Part shown: piece after piece, positions 19,398 through 29,585 of the stretch
Position numbering within the stretch: position 1 is the first letter of the stretch
Layout: every line of letters starts with the position of its first letter
NCBI GenBank assembly: GCA_046094385.1
Contig: JBJTHJ010000027.1
Span: 5,800-69,799 of the forward strand
Origin: Candidatus Nanopelagicaceae bacterium
Lineage (GTDB): Bacteria; Actinomycetota; Actinomycetes; Nanopelagicales; Nanopelagicaceae
Reading direction: 5' to 3'
Length of the DNA: 64,000 bases
Program-made: the position numbers and the translations under genes
The notes under the pieces: generated by a model
Told to the model about the DNA's origin: nothing
What the model saw: only the letters and a program-made list of their open reading frames with translations
Databases searched by the model: none

Positions 19398-20231
19398 CTA
19401 TCGGGTTTGGCAGGCTGGACAGAGCCGCGACGAGCGGTTAGCGAAGGCAATTCTTATGATTTTCTCGCCACATCTGGGAGTTCTGCGACAAGGCTCACCT
19501 TCACGGCCATAAACGGCCAAAGATCTTTCAAAATATCCACTCTCGCCATTTACATTGATATATAGCTCATCAAAGGAGGTCCCGCCCGCTGCCAACGCTC
19601 GCTCCATGATCTTGGTAGCTGCTGTGATTAAATTTAATATTTGAGTGGCACTCAAATCAGATGCGATTGTCTCTGGATGAATTCGAGCTCTCCAAAGCGC
19701 CTCGTCTGCATAGATATTACCAATTCCACTAATAACTTCTTGGTCGAGGATTACTTTCTTGATTTGACCTCGCTTAGACGAGATTTGTTTGACCACTGAA
19801 CGTTTATCAAAATCCGAATCAAAGGGATCCCTGGCGATATGCGAGACCAAGTTAGGAATTTTGCCATCCAGTAAATCAACTGCCAACCAACCAAAGGTTC
19901 GTTGATCTATAAAGCGCATCTCGCGACCATTAGAAAGCGTGAAATTTGCTCGTAGATGGCTCTCGCTCGGACTTCCAATCTTTTGAATTTTGAACTGGCC
20001 ACTCATTCCAAGATGTGCCACTAAAACTTCGGGGCGATTAAATTCGAACCACATGAACTTACCACGCCGTTTTACCGCCTTGATTGTGGCGTCTTTGAAA
20101 ATTCTCAAAGTGTTTAGCGAATCGGCCCTTAAGGCCCTTGGGTGCAATTGCCTTGTGGAGACTATGGTTTTGCCGATTACATGCTTCTCAAGACCTGACC
20201 TAACAGTCTCTACCTCTGGTAACTCCGGCAT
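19398..20231 (-). CDS. mutM: formamidopyrimidine-DNA glycosylase
   Basis: MPELPEVE catalytic N-terminus, H2TH region, C-terminal Cys4 zinc finger (C...C...CPACQ). Confidence 0.9.
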   Translation of the reverse strand: MPELPEVETVRSGLEKHVIGKTIVSTRQLHPRALRADSLNTLRIFKDATIKAVKRRGKFMWFEFNRPEVLVAHLGMSGQFKIQKIGSPSESHLRANFTLSNGREMRFIDQRTFGWLAVDLLDGKIPNLVSHIARDPFDSDFDKRSVVKQISSKRGQIKKVILDQEVISGIGNIYADEALWRARIHPETIASDLSATQILNLITAATKIMERALAAGGTSFDELYINVNGESGYFERSLAVYGREGEPCRRTPRCGEKIIRIAFANRSSRLCPACQTR

Positions 20232-20237
20232 TTGATT

Positions 20238-20918
20238 CTATTCGGGATTGGCAGTTAATTTCTCAAATGCTATTCGTGCCGCGATCTGCTCTGCTTCACG
20301 TTTGCTCTTGCCTTCACCAGTTGCAATGTCCTCGCCACCAACAATTGCGATAGCAACGAAGGTCTTGTCGTGATCTGGCCCAGATTCGGTGACCTGATAC
20401 TCCGGAGCGGTTAACTTTCGAGCTGCCGCTAACTCTTGCAGCGCAGTCTTTCCATCAAGTCCCGCTCCTTTAGACATCGCATTTTCTAAAGTTTCGTTTA
20501 TCAAAGCGCGAACCACTCTTTGGCTCTCGGAGAACCCATGACTTAAATAGATTGCTCCGATTAACGCTTCCAAGGAATCTGCCAGAAGTGAATTCTTATC
20601 CCGCCCACCAGTTAGCTCTTCACCTTTTCCAATTCGAATGTACTGACCTATCTCCAATGATCTGGCGATATCAGCCAACGCACGCATATTCACGATTCCG
20701 GATCTAAGTGGAGATAATCTCGATTCATCCAAATCTGGATACCTTGTGTACAGCTCTTCGGTAACGACTAATCCAAGTACCGAGTCACCTAAGAACTCCA
20801 GCCGCTCATTGGTTTCGGTCAAACCATTTTCATAAGCAAACGACCGATGAGTAAAAGCTAATTGAAGTAGCTCTGGCTTTACCTCTAAGCCAAGTCGCGC
20901 CGTAAGTTGCGCGAACAT
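20238..20918 (-). CDS. rnc: ribonuclease III
   Basis: RNase III signature ERLEFLGDSVL and a C-terminal dsRBD (GPDHDKTF...GEGKSKREAEQIAA). Confidence 0.95.
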   Translation of the reverse strand: MFAQLTARLGLEVKPELLQLAFTHRSFAYENGLTETNERLEFLGDSVLGLVVTEELYTRYPDLDESRLSPLRSGIVNMRALADIARSLEIGQYIRIGKGEELTGGRDKNSLLADSLEALIGAIYLSHGFSESQRVVRALINETLENAMSKGAGLDGKTALQELAAARKLTAPEYQVTESGPDHDKTFVAIAIVGGEDIATGEGKSKREAEQIAARIAFEKLTANPE

Positions 20919-20922
20919 GAAA

Positions 20923-21096
20923 TTAAACCTCTACGACTTGGCGGCGGTTATAAGTTCCGCAGGTAGGGCAAGTGGTGTGCTGAAGCTTCGGCTGTTGGCA
21001 CTGTGCGCAGGTGGAGATCGCAGCAGCAGTGGTCTTCCATTGGCTACGACGTGAACGTGTCTTCGAACGTGACATCTTTCGCTTTGGTACTGGCAC
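20923..21096 (-). CDS. rpmF: 50S ribosomal protein L32
   Basis: PVPKRKMSRSKTRSRRSQW with a CxxC...CxxC zinc ribbon. I place the start at the GTG at 21096, preceded by AAGGAG, rather than the track ATG at 21126. Confidence 0.85.
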   Translation of the reverse strand: MPVPKRKMSRSKTRSRRSQWKTTAAAISTCAQCQQPKLQHTTCPTCGTYNRRQVVEV

Positions 21097-21171
21097 TTCT
21101 CTACTCCTTGATTGATCCTGCTTCAAACCTTGCCAAATTATCGCCTAATCGAGTTAATTAGTGAAATCGGG

Positions 21172-21705
21172 TTATTTATCAAGGTCAAATAGCCCCTTTA
21201 GCCCCGACCAGCGCGGATCGACCTGTTCATGAGCGTGGTCCATTGGTAGCTCGCTCCACTTGAGGCCACACTCAGGGCAAAGCCCTTCACACTCATCAGT
21301 ACAAACTGGATTGATTGGTAAAGATAGAACAATTCCATCTCGAATCGGAAGTTCTAAATCAATGTAATCGCCATCCATTAATAATTGGTCAGCCTGCTCT
21401 TCCTCGCTTAGATCTGGATTTGGCTTGTATGAATACAACTCTTGGAAACTCTTATTTATCTCGATCTCAACTGGATCCAAACAGCGTATGCATTCACCTT
21501 TCGCGATTACTTCAAATTCACCGGTGGCCAATACGCCTTCGGCGACTGATTCGAGCTTCAAATCCAATTCCAGCGGACCTTTAGGGACTGCAATCACATC
21601 GATTCCAATCGGTTCTTGCAGATCGATAGTCAGTTGATACTGCTTCATCTCTCCGGCACGACGTGGTAAATCGTGTGTGTTAAAGCGAAAAGCTTTTACG
21701 CTCAT
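21172..21705 (-). CDS. DUF177 (YceD-like) protein
   Basis: 177 aa acidic protein with CxxC...CxxC. Conserved position immediately upstream of rpmF. Confidence 0.8.
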   Translation of the reverse strand: MSVKAFRFNTHDLPRRAGEMKQYQLTIDLQEPIGIDVIAVPKGPLELDLKLESVAEGVLATGEFEVIAKGECIRCLDPVEIEINKSFQELYSYKPNPDLSEEEQADQLLMDGDYIDLELPIRDGIVLSLPINPVCTDECEGLCPECGLKWSELPMDHAHEQVDPRWSGLKGLFDLDK

Positions 21706-21714
21706 CGGACGGGA

Positions 21715-22194
21715 TTACTTATCTGATAATTGTGAAAGCACATCGTTATCTGTGCCTCCAGCCAAACGCTCACGGCCGCGAGTGATCGCTTCTTGAGTCT
21801 TGTTGAGAATAACTTCCAAAGTGGCAAGACGTGAATCGATATATTCTTCGATCTCTTGGCGCTGTTCAGCCGCCTCTTGCCTTGCTTGTAACAGGATATT
21901 TTTTGCTTCATCTCTGGCCTGCTGCATGATTGCAGTTTGTTCGATTAATTGAGATGCCTCTTCGCGTGCCATTGCCACCATCTGCTCGGCTTGCATTCGA
22001 CCCTCTTCGATTACTCGATCACGATTGGCAAGTATTGACTCTGCCTTAGCAATTGTGTCGGGAAACGCATCTTTCGCCTCGTCTAAAACTCCCAAGATCT
22101 CTCCGCGATGCAACACGCACGATGCAGATAGTGGGACACCCCTGGCCTCTTCTACCATTTTTATGGCAGAGGCTAATTTTTCTACTGCATCCAT
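21715..22194 (-). CDS. conserved actinobacterial coiled-coil protein (Rv2927c/SepIVA-like)
   Basis: The N-terminus VEEARGVPLSASCVLHRGEILGVLDEAKDAFP followed by a long coiled coil resembles, from memory, the Rv2927c family encoded next to DUF177. No search was run. Confidence 0.55.
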   Translation of the reverse strand: MDAVEKLASAIKMVEEARGVPLSASCVLHRGEILGVLDEAKDAFPDTIAKAESILANRDRVIEEGRMQAEQMVAMAREEASQLIEQTAIMQQARDEAKNILLQARQEAAEQRQEIEEYIDSRLATLEVILNKTQEAITRGRERLAGGTDNDVLSQLSDK

Positions 22195-22217
22195 TTTCTA
22201 CCTGCTTCCTTCGTAAA

Positions 22218-22697
22218 CTAGTTATGAGCTAATTTCTTGGCTAACGCTACTTGGACTGATTTTGGAACCATGGTCGAGATATCACCATTGTATTTGGCTA
22301 GCTCCTTGACCAGCGATGAGGATAAGAACGAATGAGCTGGGTCTGTGGCCATAAACATGGTGTCGATGCCAGCTTGTAAATTTACTTGAGCCTGCTGTAA
22401 CTCGTAATCAAAATCTGAGACCGCACGCAAACCTTTGGTGATCACATCTATATTGTTTCGCTTGCAGTATTCGACAGTGAGGCCGCTCCAAGAATCAACT
22501 TTAATATTTGGCAGATCTCGAGTGGTTTCTTTGATCATTTCGATGCGTTCCTCGACTGAGAACAAACTCTGCTTGGTGCTATTTATGAAAACAGCCACCA
22601 CTACCTCATCAAAGTGTGAGCTAGCACGTTTGATGATATCTATGTGTCCATAAGTAATTGGATCAAATGAACCAGGACATACTGCGCGTCGAGCCAT
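22218..22697 (-). CDS. coaD: phosphopantetheine adenylyltransferase
   Basis: CPGSFDPITYGHIDII nucleotidyltransferase motif, 159 aa. Confidence 0.95.
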   Translation of the reverse strand: MARRAVCPGSFDPITYGHIDIIKRASSHFDEVVVAVFINSTKQSLFSVEERIEMIKETTRDLPNIKVDSWSGLTVEYCKRNNIDVITKGLRAVSDFDYELQQAQVNLQAGIDTMFMATDPAHSFLSSSLVKELAKYNGDISTMVPKSVQVALAKKLAHN

Positions 22698-22706
22698 GGG
22701 GAAAGA

Positions 22707-23279
22707 TTAACCCATCTCTGCGTAATGCAGTGTGGCTACCCCATACTCCTTACTTCTAAGCGCGCGGAGTGGCGTTGGCCAAATTATCTCGGGTGATTTG
22801 GAAGAGCGTTCTATGACTACTAGCCCACCACTTCTGCAAATCTCTTTCTCAACAATTACATCTAGGAGTTCACGGATTCCTTGATCACCAAATTCATATG
22901 GCGGATCGATGAAGATGATGTCATAACCACTTTGTTCAATAAAGCTACCAAGAAACTTCTGCGAACTCATGACAAATAATTTAAAAGCGCCTTCTGGTTT
23001 GGCTTTCAAAATTATCTCTTGGTTAGCTCTAATGGTTTTCACCGCTTCTTCATCTTTTTCAACAGCATGGACGGTGGCAGCGCCTCGTGATAATGCTTCA
23101 AATCCAACTGCACCCGAACCTGCAAATAAATCTAAGAATCGTAAATTCTCAAACTCGCCAAATTCTGAAGTTAGCGACGAGAAGAGCGCTTCGCGCGCCC
23201 TATCTGAAGTTGGCCTAGTTGCTCCGGAAACGTTCGCCAGGTTCCGACCTTTGGCTACTCCTGCGATGATGCGCATCAT
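22707..23279 (-). CDS. rsmD: 16S rRNA (guanine966-N2)-methyltransferase
   Basis: RPTSDRAREALFS, FLDLFAGSGAVGFEALSRG SAM site, IFIDPPY motif. Confidence 0.9.
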   Translation of the reverse strand: MMRIIAGVAKGRNLANVSGATRPTSDRAREALFSSLTSEFGEFENLRFLDLFAGSGAVGFEALSRGAATVHAVEKDEEAVKTIRANQEIILKAKPEGAFKLFVMSSQKFLGSFIEQSGYDIIFIDPPYEFGDQGIRELLDVIVEKEICRSGGLVVIERSSKSPEIIWPTPLRALRSKEYGVATLHYAEMG

Positions 23280-25526
23280 TTAACCTTTATCCAGAAATTC
23301 AATCTCTTGTTGTGCGGTGAGCTTTTTAATCTCCAATTTAAGAGTATCGGTTAGTCCTACGCTCAAAGTCTCTTCGGCCGACTTTCGCGCTTTGGTGATT
23401 ATCTCCTCATCACGTAAGACCCGTAATAGCTTTAAGTGAGAACGTGCGCCGCTTTGGCTCTTTCCTAGTACATCCCCTTCGCGCCGTTGATCCAAATCGA
23501 TTCTGGCCAGTTCAAATCCATCTAGCGTATTGGCAACCGCATTTAGTCGTTCATAAGCAAGCGAATCCTCAGGAACTTGAGTTACCAATAGGCAAAGCCC
23601 GGGCGATGTACCACGGCCGATTCGACCTCTTAACTGATGTAGCTGAGAGATGCCGAATCGCTCAGAATCCATTATCACCATTACCGTTGCATTTGGAACA
23701 TCTACTCCAACTTCAATAACAGTTGTAGAGACCAAGACATCAATTTCTCCATTTGAGAAAGCTTGCATAGTCGAATCTTTCTCCTCCGAACTCAATCGCC
23801 CGTGAAGCGGCGCAATCCTCAACCCTTTTAACGGGCCAAGTGCTAGCTCGGGTGCCAAATCCGAAACCGCCGACATCTGCTTGCTCTCCGTGCCGAAGAG
23901 AAATTCCATATCTGCATCCTCTTTTGTCTCCGATGCAAAGATGCGCGGGGCAACTACATACGCTTGATGGCCTTTTGAAACCTCCTCTTTAATTCGCTCC
24001 CAAGCGCGTGCCAGATAGCTCGGTTTGATAGCTGAATTGACTACATGTGTGGTAATCGGACTTCGACCTAGTGGCAACTCTTTTAAAGTCGAAATATCTA
24101 AATCTCCAAAGACCGTGATTGCGACTGTTCTTGGGATTGGGGTTGCAGTCATCACCAATAGATGTGGTGGAGTTTTAGATTTCGCCCTTAGTAGGTCTCT
24201 TTGTTCGACACCAAATCGATGTTGTTCATCCACAATCACTAAACCAAGATCCTTAAAACTTACCCCTTCCGATAGGAGCGCATGAGTACCAATCACTAGA
24301 TCTATCTCGCCATTATGCAATCTAGAGTGGATCTCTCGCTTGACGGTTGAACTCAAGGAACCAGTTAGTAATTCGACTGTGATCGCATTATCTGGTGCGC
24401 CCAACTGTCCATTGCTTGCCAAATCACCCAATTGTCTTTGGATTGTTTGAAAATGCTGCGAGGCTAAAACTTCAGTTGGTGCCAAAAGCGCAACCTGCGC
24501 ATCTGAATCGATCACACCTAAGGCAGCTCTCAAGGCCACGATAGTTTTACCAGAGCCAACCTCTCCTTGTAATAGTCGATGCATTGGATGTTCGCTCTTT
24601 AAATCCTCAAAAATCTCGGCAGAGACCGCAACCTGCCCCGGTGTTAACTGGAAAGGCAATCTTTGGTCGAAGTCATTTAGTACCCCATTGCTCTTAGGAA
24701 CCCTAGAGATTGCATTTTGCGTAGAAAGTTCTTGTTTTCGCTGCAACATTGTAAGTTGCAACAAATAAGCTTCATCAAAGGTCAGTCTCTCTAGGGCTCT
24801 TTCCGCCATTTCCAAATCTTTTGGTCGATGTACTGAGTTAAAAGCATCGATTAAATCCATGAATAGATATTGGCTTTTGATCGAATCAGGCAGAAAATCG
24901 GAGATCTCTTCGAGAGAATCCAGAACAATCTCAATTGCTTTGGCAATCTTCCAAGAGGCAAATTTGGCAGTTGCTGGATAGATCGGAAGATACCTATCGG
25001 CAAATGCCTCAATGGCATCCTCAACATCGCTATCTCCTGGCAGCCATTCAAGTTCTGGGTGTGCAAGTTGTCTTACCCCTTTAAATGAACTGATCTTGCC
25101 GGCAAATAAACCTTGTCTGCCGATTCGCATCTCTCGTTCACGCCAAGCCTGGTTGAAGAAGGTAAGCGACATCTTCACACCATGGTTATCTTCGATGATC
25201 ACTTCGACAATTACACTTTTACGATTCTGCGCACGTCGCTTCTTCACGCTGTGGACCTTCGCCAAGACCGTTGCCTCCTCGCCTTCGCGAAGTTCTGCGA
25301 TATTGGTCAGCTCCCCTCGTTTTACATATCTGCGTGGGTAGTGGTGCAATAGATCACCAACATTTAAATAGCCAAACTCAGAAGCGATTGCCTTGGCAGT
25401 GCGATCACCAATTACATCGACCAACTTCGTCTCAAGGTCAATCTGCAATCGGGCCACGGCCAATTTTCTTATGGCAACCGGCCTAATCCATGGTGTAACG
25501 CCTGAATTGGAGCGGATTTCGCTCAC
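23280..25526 (-). CDS. recG: ATP-dependent DNA helicase RecG
   Basis: 748 aa. Wedge/OB N-terminal domain, helicase motifs GEVGSGKT and DEQHRFG, HQLRGRIGRG. Confidence 0.95.
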   Translation of the reverse strand: MSEIRSNSGVTPWIRPVAIRKLAVARLQIDLETKLVDVIGDRTAKAIASEFGYLNVGDLLHHYPRRYVKRGELTNIAELREGEEATVLAKVHSVKKRRAQNRKSVIVEVIIEDNHGVKMSLTFFNQAWREREMRIGRQGLFAGKISSFKGVRQLAHPELEWLPGDSDVEDAIEAFADRYLPIYPATAKFASWKIAKAIEIVLDSLEEISDFLPDSIKSQYLFMDLIDAFNSVHRPKDLEMAERALERLTFDEAYLLQLTMLQRKQELSTQNAISRVPKSNGVLNDFDQRLPFQLTPGQVAVSAEIFEDLKSEHPMHRLLQGEVGSGKTIVALRAALGVIDSDAQVALLAPTEVLASQHFQTIQRQLGDLASNGQLGAPDNAITVELLTGSLSSTVKREIHSRLHNGEIDLVIGTHALLSEGVSFKDLGLVIVDEQHRFGVEQRDLLRAKSKTPPHLLVMTATPIPRTVAITVFGDLDISTLKELPLGRSPITTHVVNSAIKPSYLARAWERIKEEVSKGHQAYVVAPRIFASETKEDADMEFLFGTESKQMSAVSDLAPELALGPLKGLRIAPLHGRLSSEEKDSTMQAFSNGEIDVLVSTTVIEVGVDVPNATVMVIMDSERFGISQLHQLRGRIGRGTSPGLCLLVTQVPEDSLAYERLNAVANTLDGFELARIDLDQRREGDVLGKSQSGARSHLKLLRVLRDEEIITKARKSAEETLSVGLTDTLKLEIKKLTAQQEIEFLDKG

Positions 25527-25619
25527 AGTGCCTTTTTCGGTAGGCTTTCGCCCCTAGCCAGAACGGCAAAGCCATGTACATCCAATGTGCATCTTTAGTA
25601 ATCGGTAAGGAGAACTGCA

Positions 25620-25808
25620 GTGGCATCAGTATGCGAAATCTGCGGCAAAGGCCCAAGCTTCGGAAACAATGTTTCCCACTCGCAAGTTAAGACTCGTCGT
25701 CGTTGGAATCCAAATATTCAGCGAGTTCGAGTACTTCTAAATGGCCGCTCAGCCCGCCAAAACGTCTGCACCTCTTGCCTCAAAGCTGGCAAGGTCGCAC
25801 GCGCTTAA
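25620..25808 (+). CDS. rpmB: 50S ribosomal protein L28 (Cys-containing zinc-ribbon form)
   Basis: GTG start after RBS AAGGAGA. VCEICGK...[16 protein letters not shown]...CTSC. Confidence 0.9.
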   Translation: MASVCEICGKGPSFGNNVSHSQVKTRRRWNPNIQRVRVLLNGRSARQNVCTSCLKAGKVARA

Positions 25809-27206
25809 TAACCACTCAACTGCCTTATCTGCTCCATATCCATCAGGAAAAACTTTAAGTAGCTCTTTCGCGCCTTGAACATCGCTTCCCAAGGTAACAA
25901 TTGGCGCTTCCACATATCCATCTCGCCTGGTCTGAGGCAATCCGATATTTGCCATCAATCCATTACAAAGGCATTTGCGACCTTCAATCTCGCTGGGTGC
26001 GCCACCTTTCTTGATGAATTGATCATCTGGTTCTGACGGACAGCGATAGAGAATTCGACCAGATTGCGCCAGTACCGGTTCGCGCAAATAACCTAAATCA
26101 CAGAGTTTGGGTCGCGCTGCAAAACCTTCTTCGGTAGAGGTATGGCCATCTAGTTTTGCAATTTTAATCGGGAATGATGTGGGTGAAGCCTTGATGTCAG
26201 TCTTGATATCAAGAGTCTCACTCTTTAATTTCTCAATTAACTGTGACCTGGTGCGCGAACTAAAACCTGAGTGATTAGAGATTGCAAATAACGTTCCGAC
26301 TTGAACACCTGCGGCACCTTGTTCGAGCGCAGCTTTTACTTTAAGTGGATGGCCATAAGTACCTGCTAGCCAGAATGGCAATCCGATCTTTTTCATCTTC
26401 TCAAGGTCTGCGATGTCTTTGGCTCCATATATCGGCTCACCATCTGCATCAAACTCATATTTGCCACGTGGTGGCGCATTGTGTCCGCCTGCGGAATTAT
26501 GTTCGATGATAAATCCATCTGGCCTAGTCTCGACATCGCGTGCCAAGTAGGTACCCAATACATCTACAGAGATAATCGCTAGGAATTTAGGTTGTTTGAT
26601 GATGGTATCTGCCGGGATGAACTCGAGTGGGTTGATGGTGGTCTGAACCGATGAACCCCCAATTACATCAACTGGAACCGAACCAATTTCCAATCTCTGA
26701 AGCTGTCTAATTAATTTAGGAAGTTCACGTGGAATTCCAGCACCCATGATTATGTAATCAACTCCGGCCAACATCGCACCAAAGACGCTGGCGGCAGTGG
26801 TCATTTGGATCTTATGAAGGAAGTTGATTCCGACCAAACCATCATGTCCCTCTTTGGCAAGCCATACCTCAACGAAGTTGGCTAAAATCAAAATCTCTTG
26901 CGCATCACGCTTCTGCTCCAAAGTTATCTTTGGCACCATCACGTATGGAGAATCCGAAGCTTTTCCGCCTACTATGAAATATTTATCTAGTACTCGACTC
27001 ACGATATCTTGATTTGGAAAATTCGCCATTGCTCGTCGACAATTTCCAGAGATATCGCCATCTTGAAGTCGGCGAGCTAAAACATTATCGATTGCAGTTC
27101 CTGAAACCACGCCGAGTTGGCCTTGCATTGAGACGGTCTTTGCCAGTTCCCAATTTGAGACAGCGATTCCCATTCCACCTTGAATGATTACAGGTAGATG
27201 TGCCAT
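25749..27206 (-). CDS. nitronate monooxygenase / 2-nitropropane dioxygenase family FMN oxidoreductase (long form)
   Basis: [14 protein letters not shown]-terminal motif and a TIM-barrel-like pattern. I prefer the second ATG (27206) because GGAGGTGGG lies just upstream; the track start is 27233. The last 60 nt overlap the rpmB 3' end. Confidence 0.6.
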   Translation of the reverse strand: MAHLPVIIQGGMGIAVSNWELAKTVSMQGQLGVVSGTAIDNVLARRLQDGDISGNCRRAMANFPNQDIVSRVLDKYFIVGGKASDSPYVMVPKITLEQKRDAQEILILANFVEVWLAKEGHDGLVGINFLHKIQMTTAASVFGAMLAGVDYIIMGAGIPRELPKLIRQLQRLEIGSVPVDVIGGSSVQTTINPLEFIPADTIIKQPKFLAIISVDVLGTYLARDVETRPDGFIIEHNSAGGHNAPPRGKYEFDADGEPIYGAKDIADLEKMKKIGLPFWLAGTYGHPLKVKAALEQGAAGVQVGTLFAISNHSGFSSRTRSQLIEKLKSETLDIKTDIKASPTSFPIKIAKLDGHTSTEEGFAARPKLCDLGYLREPVLAQSGRILYRCPSEPDDQFIKKGGAPSEIEGRKCLCNGLMANIGLPQTRRDGYVEAPIVTLGSDVQGAKELLKVFPDGYGADKAVEWLLSACDLASFEARGADVLAG

Positions 27207-27235
27207 CCCACCTCCATCTCCGTAATGACTCAAAA

Positions 27236-28186
27236 CTATCTTCTAAAATGTTGCCAGCCAGTTTGTGGGTTTGCTACATGGAGCAGTCTAACGCCATTAC
27301 CGGCAAGTACTCTGCCGATTTGCAAACCTCTCATTTCTTCACCGGTAGCTAAGAAGACATGATCCTCACCACCACTTAAGATCAAATCGAATACTGAGAC
27401 TTTAAGCGCATTCGCAACTTCGTTTAAGGCGATGAAATCAGGGTGATTCTCAAATAATTCTGCATCTATCTCCAACTGCACACCAGATGCATCTGCCAGC
27501 TGTTGACTTTGAATCAAAAGAGAATCACTTACATCGCAGAGTGAATTGGCACTTTGGGCCATCTGCTCAGCATTGTCATAATCAACTGATGGAGCTTGAT
27601 GCTCTGAGATTGCAAAATCAAATAGCTCTCCTCTTTGATTTTGTTGCAAAGCTAATAATCCAGCGGCAGACCAGCCAGAAAGGCTTGAGATGTAAATTTT
27701 ATCTCCGACCTTAGCGCCACTTCTTAGAATTGGATTTTGGCATTCTCCAATTGCGGTGATAGAGATAATTATTTTCTCTGACCTAGAGAGATCCCCACCT
27801 ATTACTTGGGCACCAACTATGTGAGCCTCATGTGCAATTCCTCGGGCGACATCCAACATCCATTGCAGCTCTTCGTTACCGGTGGCAGCCATGGCCACCG
27901 TCAGATATTTAGGACTCCCACCCATCGCATAAATGTCAGCTAAATTTGCGGCAGCTACTTTCCGCCCAATTTGAAAGGCGCTAGACCATGTGAGCTTGAA
28001 ATGCACATCTTCCACCGCCATATCAGTCGTGACGACAACTGAGTTTTCCGGGCGAGCCACAACTGCGGCATCATCACCGATTCCCACAATTAGATCAGAG
28101 TTGCTCTCGGCAAATATTTCCGAAATGTTAAGAATTAACTCTGATTCGCTCCAACGCTCATCGTTTTGCTTCCTGGGGCTAGCCAT
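27236..28186 (-). CDS. thiL: thiamine-monophosphate kinase
   Basis: IGDDAAVV motif, AIR-synthase-related fold pattern, 316 aa. Confidence 0.85.
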   Translation of the reverse strand: MASPRKQNDERWSESELILNISEIFAESNSDLIVGIGDDAAVVARPENSVVVTTDMAVEDVHFKLTWSSAFQIGRKVAAANLADIYAMGGSPKYLTVAMAATGNEELQWMLDVARGIAHEAHIVGAQVIGGDLSRSEKIIISITAIGECQNPILRSGAKVGDKIYISSLSGWSAAGLLALQQNQRGELFDFAISEHQAPSVDYDNAEQMAQSANSLCDVSDSLLIQSQQLADASGVQLEIDAELFENHPDFIALNEVANALKVSVFDLILSGGEDHVFLATGEEMRGLQIGRVLAGNGVRLLHVANPQTGWQHFRR

Positions 28187-28244
28187 GAGGAAAACTTATG
28201 GGATAAATTTGGTTTCGGTAAACCGGTAAGAAAGGAGCAAGCGG

Positions 28245-28487
28245 ATGTCAGTTCAGGCATACATCTTGATTCAAACCGAGGTTGGAAAAGCTTCATCAGT
28301 GGCTCAAGCAGTTTCTGCGATATCTGGAGTCACTTTGGCTGAGGGTGTAACCGGTCCTTACGATGTCATCATGCGATGTGAAGCTCCATCAATGGAGGAT
28401 TTTGGCCGCGTGATCTTAGGAAAAGTGCAAGCAGTTCCTGGAATAACTAGGACGCTAACTTGTCCAGTTACCGGAAATTTTCACTAA
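28245..28487 (+). CDS. stand-alone Lrp/AsnC-type ligand-binding (RAM) domain protein
   Basis: 80 aa. AYILIQTEVGK...GPYDVIMRCEA...VPGITRT matches the AsnC_trans_reg domain pattern without an HTH. Confidence 0.7.
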   Translation: MSVQAYILIQTEVGKASSVAQAVSAISGVTLAEGVTGPYDVIMRCEAPSMEDFGRVILGKVQAVPGITRTLTCPVTGNFH

Positions 28488-28506
28488 TTCCAGGATTAAT
28501 TCCAGA

Positions 28507-29517
28507 TTAATTTAAAGCTGAATTTGTGCGCGTCATAGCGGTCTCAAGCAAGGCAGTTATTACTTCGGTATAGCCAAGCCCTGATTCTTTCCAGAGCCTT
28601 GGAAAAACTGAGGTTGGCGTAAATCCAGGCAGAGTGTTTAGTTCGTTGATAATAATTTCGTCATCAGCCGTGTAGAAGAAATCTACTCTGGCCAGGCCAG
28701 AGCAACCTAATGATTTAAAAGCCTCAATCGCCGCATTCTGAATATCTGCTATGCGTTTGATTTTCGCAGGTGCTTCTACGGTGGTTGCGCCATCTAAATA
28801 TTTTGCTTCAAAATCGTAGAATTCAAAGCGCGGATCGATCTTGATTTCGCCAGGCACAGAACACTCAATTCTCCCAGCTCTCTCTAAAACGGCACATTCA
28901 ATTTCGCGACCCGTTATCGCTTTCTCAATCATGACTTTGCGGTCATATTTGAAAGCATCTATTACTGCAGCTTGCAAATCAGCTGCGCTCTTTACTTTGT
29001 GGGTTCCTCTAGATGATCCCCCGCGTGCTGGTTTTACGAACAAGGGGTAGCCAAAACCATGGTCATGAATTGCTTCGCCCTCTTTGATCGCAACTCCGGG
29101 GGCAGTTTTTATGCCGTGACTTATGAAAACCTCTTTTGCAAAGTGTTTATCCATCGCAACCGCTGAAGCTAGAACTCCGCTTCCTACATAGGGCTTATCT
29201 AATATCTCAAAGAGACCTTGGATGGTGCCATCTTCACCAAATGGCCCGTGCAAAATCGAGAAGATGACATCAGCATCAATCTCTTCTAGCGCAATAGCAG
29301 GCGCAGATTCTGGTACTACCGGCAACTGCCCATCTTTAATCTCAAATTTAGAATCTACGGGCAAGCTCACCCAGCGACCAGATTTGGTGATCCCAATTAA
29401 AGTAGGCAAAAATTTACTGCCGTCGATTGCGGAGATGATTCCGGATGCGGAGATGCAACTAATCTCATGTTCGCTGCTTCGGCCACCACATATAACCGCA
29501 ACTTTCTTCAAGCGCAC
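28507..29517 (-). CDS. ddl: D-alanine--D-alanine ligase
   Basis: VICGGRSSEHEIS, LHGPFGEDGTIQG, ATP-grasp region, INELNTLPGFT. Confidence 0.95.
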   Translation of the reverse strand: MRLKKVAVICGGRSSEHEISCISASGIISAIDGSKFLPTLIGITKSGRWVSLPVDSKFEIKDGQLPVVPESAPAIALEEIDADVIFSILHGPFGEDGTIQGLFEILDKPYVGSGVLASAVAMDKHFAKEVFISHGIKTAPGVAIKEGEAIHDHGFGYPLFVKPARGGSSRGTHKVKSAADLQAAVIDAFKYDRKVMIEKAITGREIECAVLERAGRIECSVPGEIKIDPRFEFYDFEAKYLDGATTVEAPAKIKRIADIQNAAIEAFKSLGCSGLARVDFFYTADDEIIINELNTLPGFTPTSVFPRLWKESGLGYTEVITALLETAMTRTNSALN

Positions 29518-29585
29518 CCTCCCTCTATTGCTTTACTGAAACTTCTTTCAACCTTGATTCAATCGCATCATTTTACTGGTCTTAA

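Noticed and set aside
25527-25619. Hairpin GGCTTT..AAAGCC and the ATGTACAT / ATGTGCAT near-repeat in the recG-rpmB divergent spacer, as a possible Zur box or L28 leader.
   Set aside because: The L28 encoded here is the Cys-containing (zinc-binding) form, which is not the Zur-regulated paralogue type. The motif does not resemble an actinobacterial Zur box, and the evidence is too thin.
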